This document shows positions 12,853-26,561 of a DNA stretch of 64,000 bases, one piece after another (the first letter of the stretch is position 1; each line of letters starts with the position of its first letter). The stretch is from Eledone cirrhosa. Taxonomy: Eukaryota. The position numbers and the translations under genes are program-made. The DNA lies in assembly GCA_964016885.1 (NCBI GenBank), contig OZ024742.1, positions 17,980,001 through 18,044,000 on the forward strand. The letters run 5' to 3'. The notes beneath the pieces are model-generated. The model ran no database searches and was not told the DNA's origin. It saw only the letters and a program-made list of their open reading frames with translations.

Positions 12853-13720
12853 AACGAAGGAAATGTGGTAAGGAACCAGATGGACCATAACACACCAAAG
12901 TACTCAATACTTAGGGTAGTAGAGTGGGTAATAGGAACGAGTAGGACCCCGACGGCTGAGCTCAAGCCGTTTCGACGGCTAATTCTGGACTAAATGAAAA
13001 TGTTTATCCTGGTACATGAATAGCCGAGCTTCTCAGGGGGTAATTCCATATATGGTAAAAGTGATTGTCACAAGGATTGGTCAAAAGTTTGTTGTTGAGA
13101 CACATAATTCTATCATGGCATTTTGTGGAAGGAAGGGGTAGCTGAACTTGCCAGTAGAAGAAAGAGGGAGAGGGAGTGGAGGAAACCCAGTCGTGCGTTG
13201 ATAGTGCCAACTAGAGCAGGATCCTAAGGATAAGAGGTCAAGAGAAGTATACTAGGGATAGGGAGGGGGAGGAAGTCGAAACAATAAGTAAATCAATATG
13301 GAGTAAATATATAGAAGAATAATAAGAATGTTAAAAATATAAAAAAAACAATTTCTGGTTACTATTCCCCTACCACAATCATCAAATCTCTCACTGGTAC
13401 AGCTAAACTATAGAAAAGTTTAATAGGTGGGACGGAATACTAAATACGAGATTGTAGTGAAAGAATTTTATGAGTTAGTAGTAATCGTCCAAATCTATCT
13501 TACAGTGACAGGTCAACAAGTATGGGACCAAAATACTAAAGAAACTACTACGAAATAATAATTCAGAGTCCCGAAACTAATACGAAATAATAATTCAGAA
13601 TCCCGAAAATGAATACTAATACGATATATAAGAGTGCCGCTACGATACATAAATTATAATACAAACTACATAAATGCTCGTACGATATATATGAAAAATT
13701 TAATACGAAAAATTAATTCA
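12853..13720 (-). mobile_element. Penelope-like element 3' region (non-coding) with HHR
   Basis: Homologous to 31545-32292 (+); ends in (TA)n. Confidence 0.7.
12946..13041 (-). ncRNA. Hammerhead-like ribozyme with non-canonical CUGAGAA core
   Basis: ACCCC-CTGAGAA-G..CGGCTA...TAGCCG.C-GAAA-CGGC(loop)GCCG-TC-GGGGT. Confidence 0.7.
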
Positions 13721-14100
13721 TTCTTTCTGTTTCAACAGAAAGAATGAATGGAATAACAACAACACCCAAACAAACAACACTGACCTAAGAGAAGTATAAA
13801 TAAAATAAATAAATAAATAGATAAATAAATAAATAAATAGATAAATAAATAAATAAATAAATACACAAGCACAATAACAACAAACACATTTAAACACACA
13901 CTAGTAAAGATAGAATACATTAACCGATACACAGTCACCCAATCACGAACACACATCAAACAAAACACTATACACACACGCAAACGCATGCGCAAAGAAG
14001 ACAACATAAAATAAACAAACAAACAAATAAATAAATAAATATATAAACAGACTAAATAAAAATGGCGTAGACATACAATGTAACGGGAGGAAACAATAGC

Positions 14101-14141
14101 ACCACTGACGTGCTGCAGATGTGCAACGAAAGAACTTTGAT
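14101..14141 (+). ncRNA. Decayed hammerhead motif
   Basis: CTGACGT-GCTGCA/TGCAAC-GAAA-GAAC-TT-TGA; same GAAAGAACTTTGA as 26562-26604; A9 mutated. Confidence 0.45.
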
Positions 14142-14342
14142 AAACTATATATATGTGTTTGTGTCTATATTGTATCTGTATTATTTTTGACCGTCGGTCA
14201 GTCAATGGCAACATTGAGGACCGAATAAATTAGATTACCGATATAAAAGACACAGAAGCGAAAAGCGAAAACCAACCAAACAGTGAGTGTGTTCTGTTAT
14301 TAATTCTGGCAATATTACACAAATATGACCCTCCCCAAGTAT

Positions 14343-14408
<66 letters not shown>

Positions 14409-14514
14409 TATATATATGAAGTAATTCCGTCGGAAAAGTCCAGGAAAAAAGAGTGCTCTATGTAAGCAACAGAGCTTAATTATTATTATGTAATAAACAA
14501 CATAAGGCAATTAT

Positions 14515-14572
14515 TCCATTTACCAGTGGTTTCTTAAAAGCAAAAGGTTTTGCTTTCAATCCTCAGAACGAA
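14515..14572 (-). ncRNA. Type I hammerhead ribozyme
   Basis: TTCGTT-CTGAGGA-TTGAAAGCAAAA/TTTTGCTTTTAA-GAAA-CCACTGG-TA-AATGGA; same downstream tail as 12645-12718. Confidence 0.8.
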
Positions 14573-14707
14573 AAAATCCTGGTTTGTTTATTGAATTTGG
14601 ATCTTAAAAACAAAAAAAGCAAGCTATATGAAAGTGAGGCTGGAGAAGGAAGAAGGAAAGGAAAAAATAAAAACAAAATAAGACTACCCATACAACCACA
14701 CATACAC

Positions 14708-14770
<63 letters not shown>

Positions 14771-15221
14771 TGTGTATGCGCGCACGCACGCGTATACAAA
14801 TATAAATATATTTCCCCCATACACATGTGTGTGCGTGCATGCGCGCATACGCGCAGGGTATGTTCTGTTGAAAGTGTCTCGTGAATTTATGGCTACAGTT
14901 GTATAGATTATACTTAGAAATTGTCCACAGAATTCCCTAAACCTTCGTCAATATACTAGAACCTTTAAGAATTTAGCTTTTAAGGAATCTCCCCTTCCTC
15001 CAAATCTATCTACCATGACTGATCCCATACTGATCTTACAGACACCTGTAAGCCAAAGAGAAAGCTAATGATCAGGATTGGCTCCAATCTGAATACAGAA
15101 ATCTGAATACAGAAATCTGAATACAGAAATCGGCAGACAGATTATATATATACAGTATATACAGTATATATACAGTATATATATACAGTATATATACAAT
15201 ATATATATATATATATATACA

Positions 15222-15257
<36 letters not shown>

Positions 15258-15288
15258 GTATATATATGTATATATATATATATATGCA

Positions 15289-15472
<184 letters not shown>

Positions 15473-15533
15473 GTATATAGTATATATATATATATATATA
15501 TATAGTATATATATATATATATATATATATACA

Positions 15534-15573
<40 letters not shown>

Positions 15574-15602
15574 TGATTCCTGATGATTACAGTATATATA
15601 CA

Positions 15603-15640
<38 letters not shown>

Positions 15641-15641
15641 G

Positions 15642-15690
15642 GATTCCTGATGATTTCTAATGAATGAAACAGTTCTAGTCCTGTAGAATC
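15642..15690 (+). ncRNA. Type I hammerhead ribozyme
   Basis: GATTC-CTGATGA-TTTC(TAAT)GAAT-GAAA-CAG(loop)CTG-TA-GAATC. Confidence 0.8.
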
Positions 15691-15773
15691 TCATCTATAT
15701 TAAAACTATATATATATATATATATACTGAGGTTGCCAGTTTAGTCGCCAACGACCCGACCATGAGACAGGTT

Positions 15774-15816
<43 letters not shown>

Positions 15817-15821
<5 letters not shown>

Positions 15822-16382
15822 AACCTGTCTCATGGTCGGGTCGTTGGCGACTAAACTGGCAACCTCACCAAGGTTTCTTGGTGAGGAAAATGACTTTGGA
15901 CATCATGCAGGACTAAAAACAAAACCTGTCAAAGGGCAAAGGAGCTCTTAAGAGTCAATAGCCATCCAAAATCACTGGGAGAGATGACCCCTTAGCCTTT
16001 GTCAAGGCAGAATTCTAGGAGAAAGAAAACTCTGATATAGCACCTGCAAGACTGATGGTATCCAATGATGTTGACTTGTTCTTCTTTTTGGTAAATATCA
16101 TCTTGGTTAAGAGAGTGGGACTGGCTTTGTGCAGTGCTTTTGCTCACTATAAAAGCTTCACGGCACAGGCATTGCTTTATATCTGGAGATCTCTCTGCAC
16201 TTGTCGTCACATGGTACCATGGGCCCAGTACTATGTGTCAATAATTGTCACAAGTGTAGTGTTTGTACCAGAGTGTTCAAGTCGCTGGCTGGACTAAAAA
16301 GTCACACTCGTTCAGCGCATCAGTAGGGTTCTCCTACATGGATATAAAGTAGTGGCCGTACTCGAAAACGAGTTGGCAGCCA

Positions 16383-16386
<4 letters not shown>
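15817..16386 (+). mobile_element. RTE-related non-autonomous element (subfamily A), 5' truncated
   Basis: Matches 45651-46259 and 59860-60467; first 51 bp mirrored at 15728-15778. Confidence 0.75.
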
Positions 16387-16424
<38 letters not shown>

Positions 16425-16675
16425 GAAACGTATAGAAGTTGTTTTAGCGAGAAGTTAATAGTATTCTATAACATATATGCGACTATGTCGTCAAGATGGG
16501 AAAAGTAGTTAACGTAAGATTTATGAAAAATAATTCAAACTCATCTCAAAAGAGAATCAGGATACAAATTCATCCACAGAATTTAGTGAAATCCAGGGAA
16601 AAATCAATAGACCTTTAACTCATGATAAAATAAAGTTTAAAACACTTATCCTTCAATTTGGAATAACATCAAATG

Positions 16676-16754
16676 CTCTGTATAGTCTTAAAAGACTATT
16701 TCATGAAAACTTTCAGTGGAGATGGTCACGGTTGGATTTCAATCGTCAGCAGAG
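16676..16754 (-). ncRNA. Type I hammerhead ribozyme
   Basis: CTCTG-CTGACGA-...-GAAA-TAGTCTTTTAAGACTA-TA-CAGAG; lies in a 16420-16870 element homologous to 18170-18595. Confidence 0.8.
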
Positions 16755-16959
16755 CTCACCAGATAACCAGGGCTACCACAGTATTATAAGCCGAAAAGGG
16801 AATTCTAAAACTGGCTAGTTCGCCATCATGCGTGATTATGAAAACGCACATGAGGAAAAACGGGGCTAGTGACTATATATATATACAGTATATATATATA
16901 TACAGTATATATATATGTACAGTATATATATATATATATATAGTGTATATATATATACA

Positions 16960-17053
<94 letters not shown>

Positions 17054-17178
17054 TATATATATATATATATATACAGTATATATATATATATATATACAGT
17101 ATATATATATACAGTATTTATATATATATATATATATTCAGTATATATATATATATACAGTATATATATATATATTCA

Positions 17179-17234
<56 letters not shown>

Positions 17235-17553
17235 GGGACTTGGAGACTATAGCCGAATGCTATCATTCTATTATACAACGATGTGAGACTGCTATTTCTA
17301 ATAACCAATTTTTCACTATCTTATTAATTTGTGTTTGAGACACGTTGGCTGAGAGCTTATGACGGGAGCAGAACTATTTGATTTCTAATCTCCTGCCATC
17401 ACGTAAATTAACAAATCGGTGGCCAGTCGGGAGACAGCATTATATCAGATCCCAGTTGCTAATCCCGTTACTGTTTCGGCCGTCACAAGCAGTCATAGCC
17501 GGCATGGACTGGAGTCGAATTCTGTCGATCTATTGGTTATTGATTTGGCGATA

Positions 17554-17664
17554 CACGCTGATGAAGCCACATGCGCCGATTATGCTTTGTTGCATAATAT
17601 ATGCAGACATATGGTGCAGTGTACCCTACTGCTGCATTAAGTGTGGCCGAAACTCGAGTTCGGG
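17554..17664 (+). ncRNA. Hammerhead candidate with large branched stem II
   Basis: CTGATGA-AGCCACA...TGTGGCC-GAAA-CTCGAG-TT; palindromic stem III, weak stem I. Confidence 0.55.
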
Positions 17665-18137
17665 AACTACTATAGGTACCCGTTTACGTGTGTTGTATTG
17701 AAGCGAATAACTATGTGTATACTCTGGGAGTGTATTTTACATTGCCTATTGAGTAGGCTGAGATGTAACCGGTCCTAGCAGTGATACCTATGCTGGTTCC
17801 GTCAACTTCTTATTATATATATATATGTATATGTATATATATGTGTGCGTGTGTGTGGGGGGGGGGGTGTATTGAAAAGATAACAAGGACGATTGGTTAC
17901 TCCTTCATTACATTTATTGGTAGGTGACGCGCGTTTCGCCACTGATCAGCTCAAGGTTCGATCTGTATCGATCTTACCCGACTCTATAATCCAAAGCTCG
18001 ACGGACCCTTTAAAATGCTAGTAGAAAAACTCTGTATAGCTCTACACCTCGACACGGACGTGAACCTAAACATCGAGTGCTCACCCGGGTGAACCTACAG
18101 TAACTCCAAGTTACACTCCCTAGATATATATATATAC

Positions 18138-18168
<31 letters not shown>

Positions 18169-18266
18169 CGTTTATTTTCATAATTACGCATGAGGGGATC
18201 TAGCCTGCTTTTAAATTCCCTTTTTGGCATATTCTAACAGTGGTTCTTAAGGTTATCGTGTTTGAG

Positions 18267-18344
18267 CTCTACTGATGAACGATTCCAACCGTGATCATCC
18301 CCACTGAAAGTTTCGTGAAATAGTCTTTTTAAGACTATACAGAG
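18267..18344 (+). ncRNA. Type I hammerhead ribozyme
   Basis: CTCTA-CTGATGA-ACGA...TCGT-GAAA-TAGTCTTTTTAAGACTA-TA-CAGAG. Confidence 0.75.
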
Positions 18345-18590
18345 TATTTGTAGTTTTTCCAAATTGAAGGATGAGTATTTAAAATTTATTTTATTCAGAG
18401 TTAAGGCTCTATTGATTTTTCCCTGGATTTCACAAAATCTGTGGATAAATCTGTATTGATTTTTTTTTTTAATTGAGTCTGAATTATTTTCCCACATCTT
18501 ACGTTAATTACTTTTCCATTTTGACGTTATAGTCACTTATATATTATGAAATACTGTTGGCTTCATGCTCACAATAATTTCTATACTTTC

Positions 18591-18684
<94 letters not shown>

Positions 18685-19333
18685 ATTTAGTGATTTAATC
18701 CTGGTATGTATATAAGCATTTCTAACTTTAATTTTTACCTAATTATGTATGGTTGACCCTATATTTAATTAATTTCCACGTGCTGTTGAAATGTTGGGTA
18801 AATATTCTATAGCGGTTGGCCGCGAAGACGCTGCTGTGGCGTATTTATTTACTGTTTCTTCATAGGAGCCTTTTATTCTTATATCTCAAAATTATTTTTG
18901 AAAAGCAAAAGAAATGTGCAACCGGTAAAAACTTAAAACTAAAACTGAATTCTAACTAATACTTATTACTAATTTATACTTATTCCTAATTAAACTATTT
19001 TTCACTGGGAAAAATTTGTCAGCATTTTCTTTTCCTTTTTACTAATATATCACAACTCGTGTGTCACACCTCTATTTTTTTAAAATATATATATATATAT
19101 ATATGACACTCATTCATTACTAAGCGATGTTTAGTCAAATCTCGCGTGTAAGCGTTATTTGTGAAAAACACAAACCATGTTACGTTACACAAATGAACGT
19201 GCCATTGTGTTAACATTCTGTAAGTATATTATACTTGTATTTGATCAGGAGAACAGTAATTACAGAATATGGACTTCCATACATTTTACTTCTTTGCAGA
19301 TTATCATCACATTGAATAATGGTTTCTTATATT

Positions 19334-19445
19334 TCACAAGGCCAGCAATTTTGGAGGAGGGGAAAGTCGATTAAATCGACTCCAGTTTGTGACTGGTACT
19401 TTATTTTATTGACCCTGTGAGGATGAGAGGCAAAGTTAACCTGGA
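19334..19445 (-). mobile_element. SINE 3' fragment (variant tail)
   Basis: CACAAGGCCAGCAATT...GTCGATTAAATCGAC...GGCAAAGTTAACCT. Confidence 0.7.
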
Positions 19446-19850
19446 TTGAATAATGCTAAACAATAATGCTAAACATTAATAATGCTAAACATTAATACTT
19501 TTCGCACTTCTCTTTATATCTCTCTCACATTTGCTTTTGGAACTTTCTGTGTCGTTTATTTCTGTAATTTACTTATTTTCGTATGTCTACCTGGTAATAA
19601 CACTATTATACTTCAAACCTAAAAGTTTATTTCTTGAAGAGATTTTTGAAATGTAATTGCTATGGTTGTCGATTTAATTAATTAATTCATTCATTCATTA
19701 ATCAATTTGTTAATCTGCAAATTCTTACATATGTTTACAATTGCAGTTCAATAAATCGAAACGATCGGAGAAGTGAATAAATTGGTTTGAACTCTATAAA
19801 AACTTGCCTTATTCACCTAAATTGTATAATATATACATGATGTACATACA

Positions 19851-20388
19851 TGATCATTGCTGCCCCCTCGTTATCGAGTATGGCCATTGCACGATATACC
19901 ATTATTAATAATTATTAATTAATTCTATCGTGCAATGCCTGTGCGTGAAGATATTTTTTAAAGTGAGGAAAGTCTGTGCACTGACCCAATCCCACTCTCT
20001 AAGCGACAGTAGCTATAACCCGAAAAGAAGAAAAGATCAACATCATCGGTAACTACTGAGCCGCAGGTTTTATATCGGAGTTATCCCAGTTTCCTGAGTT
20101 GCCTTCTCCTAGAAGAATGCCCTGATCAAGGCTAGGGGTCCTTCACTCCCAGTGGTTTAACCTCGCGGTACATGTGTATATACATATTTACACACTTTCG
20201 GATGGCCGTTGACTCTTATGAGTTCTTCCGCCCTTTGTCAGGTTTTGTTTTTTGTCCTGCAGACTGTCCAAAATCACCCTCCTCACCAAGTAAACTTGGT
20301 GGGGTTGCCGGTTTAGTCGCCGACGACCTGACCATGCGACAGGTTGTTCTGGGTTATATGTTACCAGTAGCACTCAAGAGTGACCCGA
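19851..20388 (-). mobile_element. RTE-related non-autonomous element (subfamily B)
   Basis: Reverse complement of 60947-61536; bordered by (CATA)n. Confidence 0.8.
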
Positions 20389-20445
20389 CATACATACATA
20401 CATACATACATACATACATACATACATACATACATACATACATAC

Positions 20446-20490
20446 ATGATGGCTGCCCTCTCGTTATCGAGTATGGCCATTGCACGAGAA
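20446..20490 (-). mobile_element. RTE-type 3' terminus
   Basis: TCGTGCAATGGCCATACTCGATAACGAGAGGGCAGCCATCAT then (TATG)n on the minus strand. Confidence 0.65.
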
Positions 20491-20535
20491 GAAAAAAAAA
20501 ATTTTAAATAAAAATAAAAATAAATAAATAAATAA

Positions 20536-20592
<57 letters not shown>

Positions 20593-20799
20593 GCCCCGGC
20601 ACCACCACCGACATAGCCAGCAGCAATAACAGCCAACTACAACAAAAAGTATATTATATTATTGTAATGCACTGGGTGATTGCTGGCCTTGTGCCTGGAG
20701 TGGAGACAATTATTAATAATTTCATTCTTAAGCCACGCAATGCTCACATTAAGGAACCACTCATGATAATAACAATTTAAAAAAAACAACAAAAAGAAA

Positions 20800-23700
20800 A
20801 CCCCGTGACCAAGAAATACCGGGATGGCGGCCGGCGGGGAATAGCCATGTCTCTAGGGGAGAACGACCCCTCTAGTCTTGGTTGACATTCGTTGTAGAAG
20901 TGGTAACACGAAATGATTACCCCTTGGCGGATAAGGATAAAACGCGACAAAATAAAGTAGATGTCTAATGATGAAATCTCATACCGGATCGGCCGTCACC
21001 CGGGTAAAAAAGGGCCGCGTCCCTCAGAGAGGAACCAGACTGGGGTCGAAAAATCAGCTAATGGTTCAAACCTTTCCATCACTTCGGAGCTGGAGACCTC
21101 CCATAACCGGAATACTCCTACTGTTGGCCCTCCATGCTCACCACCAAGAAATCCAAAGAAAAAGAGAGAAAAATGGTCAAGGGAAGATAATAAAGAAGTC
21201 CTTGAGGCTTTCTACACTGCCATGTACTACCCATCAAATACATCGAATACAGAACAAACATATATCAACTGGAAAAAGAAACATCCCGAAAACAGAGGCT
21301 ATATTGACAGTAACAAACTAGCCAATATACGAAGAAATATTGTAAGAAAAAAGTTACTAACTGATATAGAAATTGATCAGATCAAGCTAGTAGCACAAAG
21401 TCAGCGAAGGGAAAATGAAGCATGTGTCAGTGAAAACGAGGTAAACTGTAACACTTCGAATCCCAGGGTTGGGGCGGAATCACTGGCAACAGAACAAATT
21501 AAAGAAAGGAGCGAAAAAGTGGAGGGAGTGCATGCTCAGGATGAAACTCCAAATGAAAATAATGAGATCGTAAATGATAAAGAAATGAATGAGAATGAAC
21601 TTGCCAACTTGAAGGATGAAATTATGATCGAATGGATGAAAATGAAAGAATCTGACATGGGGCAACGAGACACCGTCCCTAAGATCCAGAACTCCAAACA
21701 GAACCAAAAGATAATACACAAGACTAACATAATTCTCAAAAACATTATCATCACAAACAAACTAAACATTACTGACTTAAATCATCTCTATTATGCATCG
21801 GCTAAAGTCACCACTCACTTATGTGGAGTGAAGATGAAAAAACAAAGGAATTCCCACAAGAAATCTACTTGGCAAGATAACATCAATCGCCAAATAAACC
21901 TTCTCCGATCTGACATAGAAATTTTAACAAACTATAAAGTAGGTGAACATGTTAAACAAACTAAACTTAGAAAATTGAAAAAAAAGTACAGTATAAGATC
22001 AACATGTGACATAGACATGCTGATAGAAACAATCAAGCAAAAAGTGTCGGCCAAAGCTGCTCGTATAAGGCGCTTTGAAAAACGATCTAGATTCTATAAG
22101 GACAATAATATGTTCAAAAACAACCAAAGAAACTTCTACAGAAAAATTGGTAAGTCAACAATAACTGCTAAATCAATACCACCCAAGGAGGAAGTGCAAG
22201 AATTCTGGGAAAAGATCTGGGCCGAAGAAAAAGTTCATAACATACATGCCCCATGGATAGACAGACAAATGAAAGAAACAGCTCACCTTGAAGAACAAAC
22301 ATGGGAAAATATAACAGTTGAACAGCTGCGCTTGGCTCTAAGAAAAACCAGCAAATGGAAATCCCCGGGAAAAGACAAAATACAAAACTTTTGGATAAAT
22401 GCCTTCACAGCTGTTAGCCCAACTTTACAATTAAATAGTTAAGGAGCCAGAAAAGATACCATCATGGCTAGTTAACGGCATTACATTCCTGATACCGAAG
22501 AATGATGAGACAAACAATCCCAAAAATTACAGACCGATAACCTGCTTGACCACAATGTATAAAATTTTAACATCAGTCCTAACTGAATACACATATGACC
22601 ACCTGATAACAAATGACCTATTTCCCATTGAGCAGAAAAGGGTGTAAACGAGGCTCATATGGCTGTAAGGATCAGCTTCTGGTTAACAAAATGATACTGG
22701 AAGATTGTCATAATAGACACAAAAATCTATCGATTGCTTGGATAGATTATAAAAAAGCATTTGATAGTTTGCCACACAGTTGGATTGAAAAATGTTTAGA
22801 GATTTTCAAAATATCCCCCGTTGTCAGGAGGTTTTTGTCATTCAGTATGAGGACATGGAGAACGACACTCCTTTTGAATAGTGAAACAAAATCACTGGAA
22901 GCTGGAGAAGTTAACATTAATTGTGGAATTTTTCAGGGTGACTCTTTATCACCGCTTTTATTCTGCATCGCACTTATACCATTAAGTAAAATGCTCAATG
23001 AAACAAAACATGGATATAGAGTCTATGACAAAACCATTAATCACCTGTTCTACATGGATGACCTGAAACTATTTGCAAAAAATGATGAACAATTGCAAGG
23101 GCTATTATCCACTGTGAAGCAGTTCAGTGATGACATTAAAATGGAGTTTGGACTGGATAAATGCGCCAAAGCAACGTTCACCAGAGGAAAGCTGCTGAAG
23201 AGTTCAGACATTAATCTTGATCGGGGGAACGTGATAAGAGAGCTTGATCAAGAAAAAACTTACAAATATCTAGGTGTTTGTGAAGGAGACGGAATCAAGC
23301 ACTCGACAATGAGGGAAAGGATAAGGAAGGAATGTTACCGCAGAGTCAGAGCAATCTTAAGAACGGAATTGAATGCAAGGAATAGGATCGATGCCATAAA
23401 CACGCATGCCATACCAGTAGTAACCTACAGTTACAATGTCATCAACTGGTCAAGCACAGAGATCCGTAGGCTCGATACAAAAATCCGAAAATTCTTAACC
23501 ATGCACAGAATGCATCACCCTAAGGCAGACATAGATAGAATATATCTCCCTAGGAAAGAAGGAGGACGTGGGTTAATCCAGTTAGACATTGCGTTGAAAA
23601 CTGCAACAATTGGATTATCCACATATCTAAGGGAATCACATGATTGGATGATCAAACTCGTTTTGAAACACGAAAGCACCAAAAGATCATATTCCATTAC

Positions 23701-24741
23701 AAAAGATGCACAAAGATACAGTAATGGACTACAAATTTCAGAAGTCCCATTTACTGCTGAAATGGAAAACACAGAAAAAGCAAAGCAGGTAAAAGTAACT
23801 GCAAAGAAAGAACTGCTATAGAAACTGGCTAAGAAATGGCAAGAAAAGCCTCTGTATGGAAAATACCCAGAGCGAGCTAACAATCCTGGTGTTGACAAAA
23901 CTTTAACCCATCAGTGGTTGGCATCCTCTGGACTGAAATCGGAGACTGAAGGACTGATTATATCCGCACAAGATCAGTGTCTGCCAACAAAAAATTACCA
24001 AGCCAACATAATAAAAAATGGGTGCAGCCCATTATGCCGTGTATGCAAAAAACAACCAGAGACCATTGACCATGTAATTTCAATGTGCAGTCCTATAGCT
24101 CCAACCGAATACCTAAACAGGCATGACAGAGCTGCACAATACATACATTGGATAATGTGTAAGCATTTTGACCTGCCCCATCAAAAGAATTGGTGGGAGC
24201 ATCAACCACCTCCCATACTTGAAAAAGATCACATCTCAATCTTGTGGAACTTTAGCATCCAAACAGACCGAAAAATAGATGCAAATAGACCTGATATAAT
24301 ATTGAAGGACTTTCAAAGGAGGGTATGCCTGCTAATTGATATGTCTGTTCCAATAGACAAGAATGTATCTATAAAAACATTTGAAAAATTGAGCATGTAT
24401 AAGGACCTGGAGATAGAAATTGGAAAAATGTGGAAATTGAGAACTAAAACAATACCAGTGGTTGTAGGCGCTCTGGGAATGATACCTAAGGGGTCTAACG
24501 ACTACTTATCGCAAATCCCAGGAAACCCGCGTATAGGATAAATACAAAAGATAGTACTAATGGGAACTGCCCATATACTAAGGAAGATCCTGTCAATATA
24601 AGTACATCACAAGTCTAAACACTAAGGATGCATGTGTGAATATGTATGTTCTTTCTTGAACATGGCGGACCTTGTTGTCTCTTGAGGTCACTGGTTGTGA
24701 CTTGGTGATAACTCGTATAAACATAAAGCAAGATAAATGCA
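20800..24741 (+). mobile_element. Near full-length R4/Dong-clade non-LTR retrotransposon
   Basis: Single long ORF with RT and C-terminal CCHC plus RLE; ends in (TAA)n. Confidence 0.9.
20961..24601 (+). pseudogene. R4-clade RT-RLE polyprotein, disrupted
   Basis: [43 protein letters not shown]...HVISMC, RHD, RPDII; frameshifts near 22430 and 22620, stops at 23819 and 24539 (sense codons in the second copy). Confidence 0.9.
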
Positions 24742-24777
<36 letters not shown>

Positions 24778-24793
24778 AATAAATAAAAAAAAG

Positions 24794-24828
<35 letters not shown>

Positions 24829-24895
24829 CATACATACATATATACATACACACATACATACACATACACACACACATATACACACACACATACAT

Positions 24896-24973
24896 TAATA
24901 ATAATAATAACGACAACAACAATAATAATATACATATTCATATATATATACACACACACGCACTCACATAAGC

Positions 24974-25005
<32 letters not shown>

Positions 25006-26000
25006 GATAGCAACTAACAGTGCTGCGATCGAATGTGGCTTTTTAGCCCAGCCAATGATCTAAAATGTCTTGCACAGAGTCAGCAACCAAAACATTTACT
25101 GGGAATAGTCAGCTGTGGTTGGAGTTCGTGTACTTTTGCATGTCGCTTGAGCCCTCCTGCTGATTTACATTCTCTACCACATGTTTGGCAAGCATGATGA
25201 GTAGCATCTCCAACAGCAGCCTGGTAGTCAACCACTGGTCTTACTTTATGACTGCGAAGATGACTTTCGAATCCAGCTTTGCTTAGGCAGAGTCTCGCAC
25301 AGACGTTGCATGTCAGCACCATAGGAGGACCCTCGCCGTCTGGAAGTGCAACAGCAATGCCCTTCCTCACATCCCGCTTTACTTTCTCGTGTGCGATTCG
25401 AGATGCCTCAAAGGCAACTTTTCCCTCATATACAGTCTTTCTCCATTTATTCTCCATTTATAAAGGTCGTTTTCCTTTAACCAACTCTCCATAGAAGAGT
25501 TGTTTTGGTATTCTAGAATCCTTCATCCTGGCAAGGTGACCACTCCTACGGAGTCGTTGCTTAAGCACAAGAGATTCTATACTGTCACACATAGAGCTTT
25601 CCAAAATCTCGACATCACTGATGTGGTCCCTCCAGTGAACGCCATGGATCCGTCTGAGACACATCTGATGGAAACGCTCCAATTGCTTAAGGTGGTGTCG
25701 ATATGTGACCCAGGTCTCGCAGGCATAAAGAAGACAAGAGAGTACACATGCCCTGTACACCTTTACCTTTGTCCTCCTGCATATGTCTCGCCGACCTCAG
25801 AGTCGCCTTTCTAGCTTTCCGAAAGCATCACTTGCTTTCCTAATCCTAAGTGAGATTTCACTGTCGAGGTTGCCGTATCGATTGACAGTGCTTCCCAGGT
25901 AGACAAACTGATCAACCACTCCAAGTCGTTTGCCATACACATAGATGTTTGGTTCAGTGTACTGCTTACTAGGGGCAGGTTGGTACATGACGACGGTTTT
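24896..26000 (-). mobile_element. RTE/BovB-like LINE, 5'-truncated copy
   Basis: FVYLGSTV, LLYACETW, RIPKQLFYGEL, three C2H2-like fingers; highly similar to 58560-59740. Confidence 0.85.
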
Positions 26001-26102
26001 CATACATACATACATACATATATACGTATGTATGTATACATATGTATATATGTATACATATGTATGTATGTATGTATTATGCGTATATATATACACACAC
26101 AC

Positions 26103-26149
<47 letters not shown>

Positions 26150-26162
26150 TTTGAACATATAA

Positions 26163-26256
26163 GGTCGCATATCTGACGAGATATCGAAAAGGAGTTGAGC
26201 CCCATCACCTTGATTGTACCCTAGGCTGATCGATATCGAAACAATTGTAATGCACC
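26163..26256 (+). ncRNA. Type I hammerhead ribozyme
   Basis: CTGACGA-GATATCGA...TCGATATC-GAAA-CAATTG-TA-ATGCACC; palindromic stem III, stem I interrupted. Confidence 0.7.
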
Positions 26257-26294
26257 AATAAAGTTAGTAGATATGGTGCAACACTGACCTCAAC

Positions 26295-26334
<40 letters not shown>

Positions 26335-26561
26335 TTTCTGAATTTGTTTAGCAAGATTCTTTATCTGAAAACGTGTGTTGAAACCGATATTGTTATACTT
26401 TGGGAGGGTAATGTTGCCAATAAGAAACACACGCACCAGTTGCTTTCACTCCAATTTATTATAAATTAAGAAATTTTAAGAAAAAAAAAAAAATTTTTTT
26501 TTTAATTTATAAATTTCCGGTTGGTGCGCTGGTTCCACAACCGGACGGTTGTTCATATATT

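Noticed and set aside
15992-16297. Recurrent 72-80 aa ORFs (also near 45864 and 60073)
   Set aside because: They recur only because the non-coding element is repeated; no domain recognised
17920-17960. Minus-strand GAAA-CGCGCG-TC hammerhead half
   Set aside because: No CUGANGA with a matching stem I upstream
23515-23898. Antisense ORFs overlapping LINE RT regions (also 55774, 39907, 57514)
   Set aside because: Shadow frames of the coding strand
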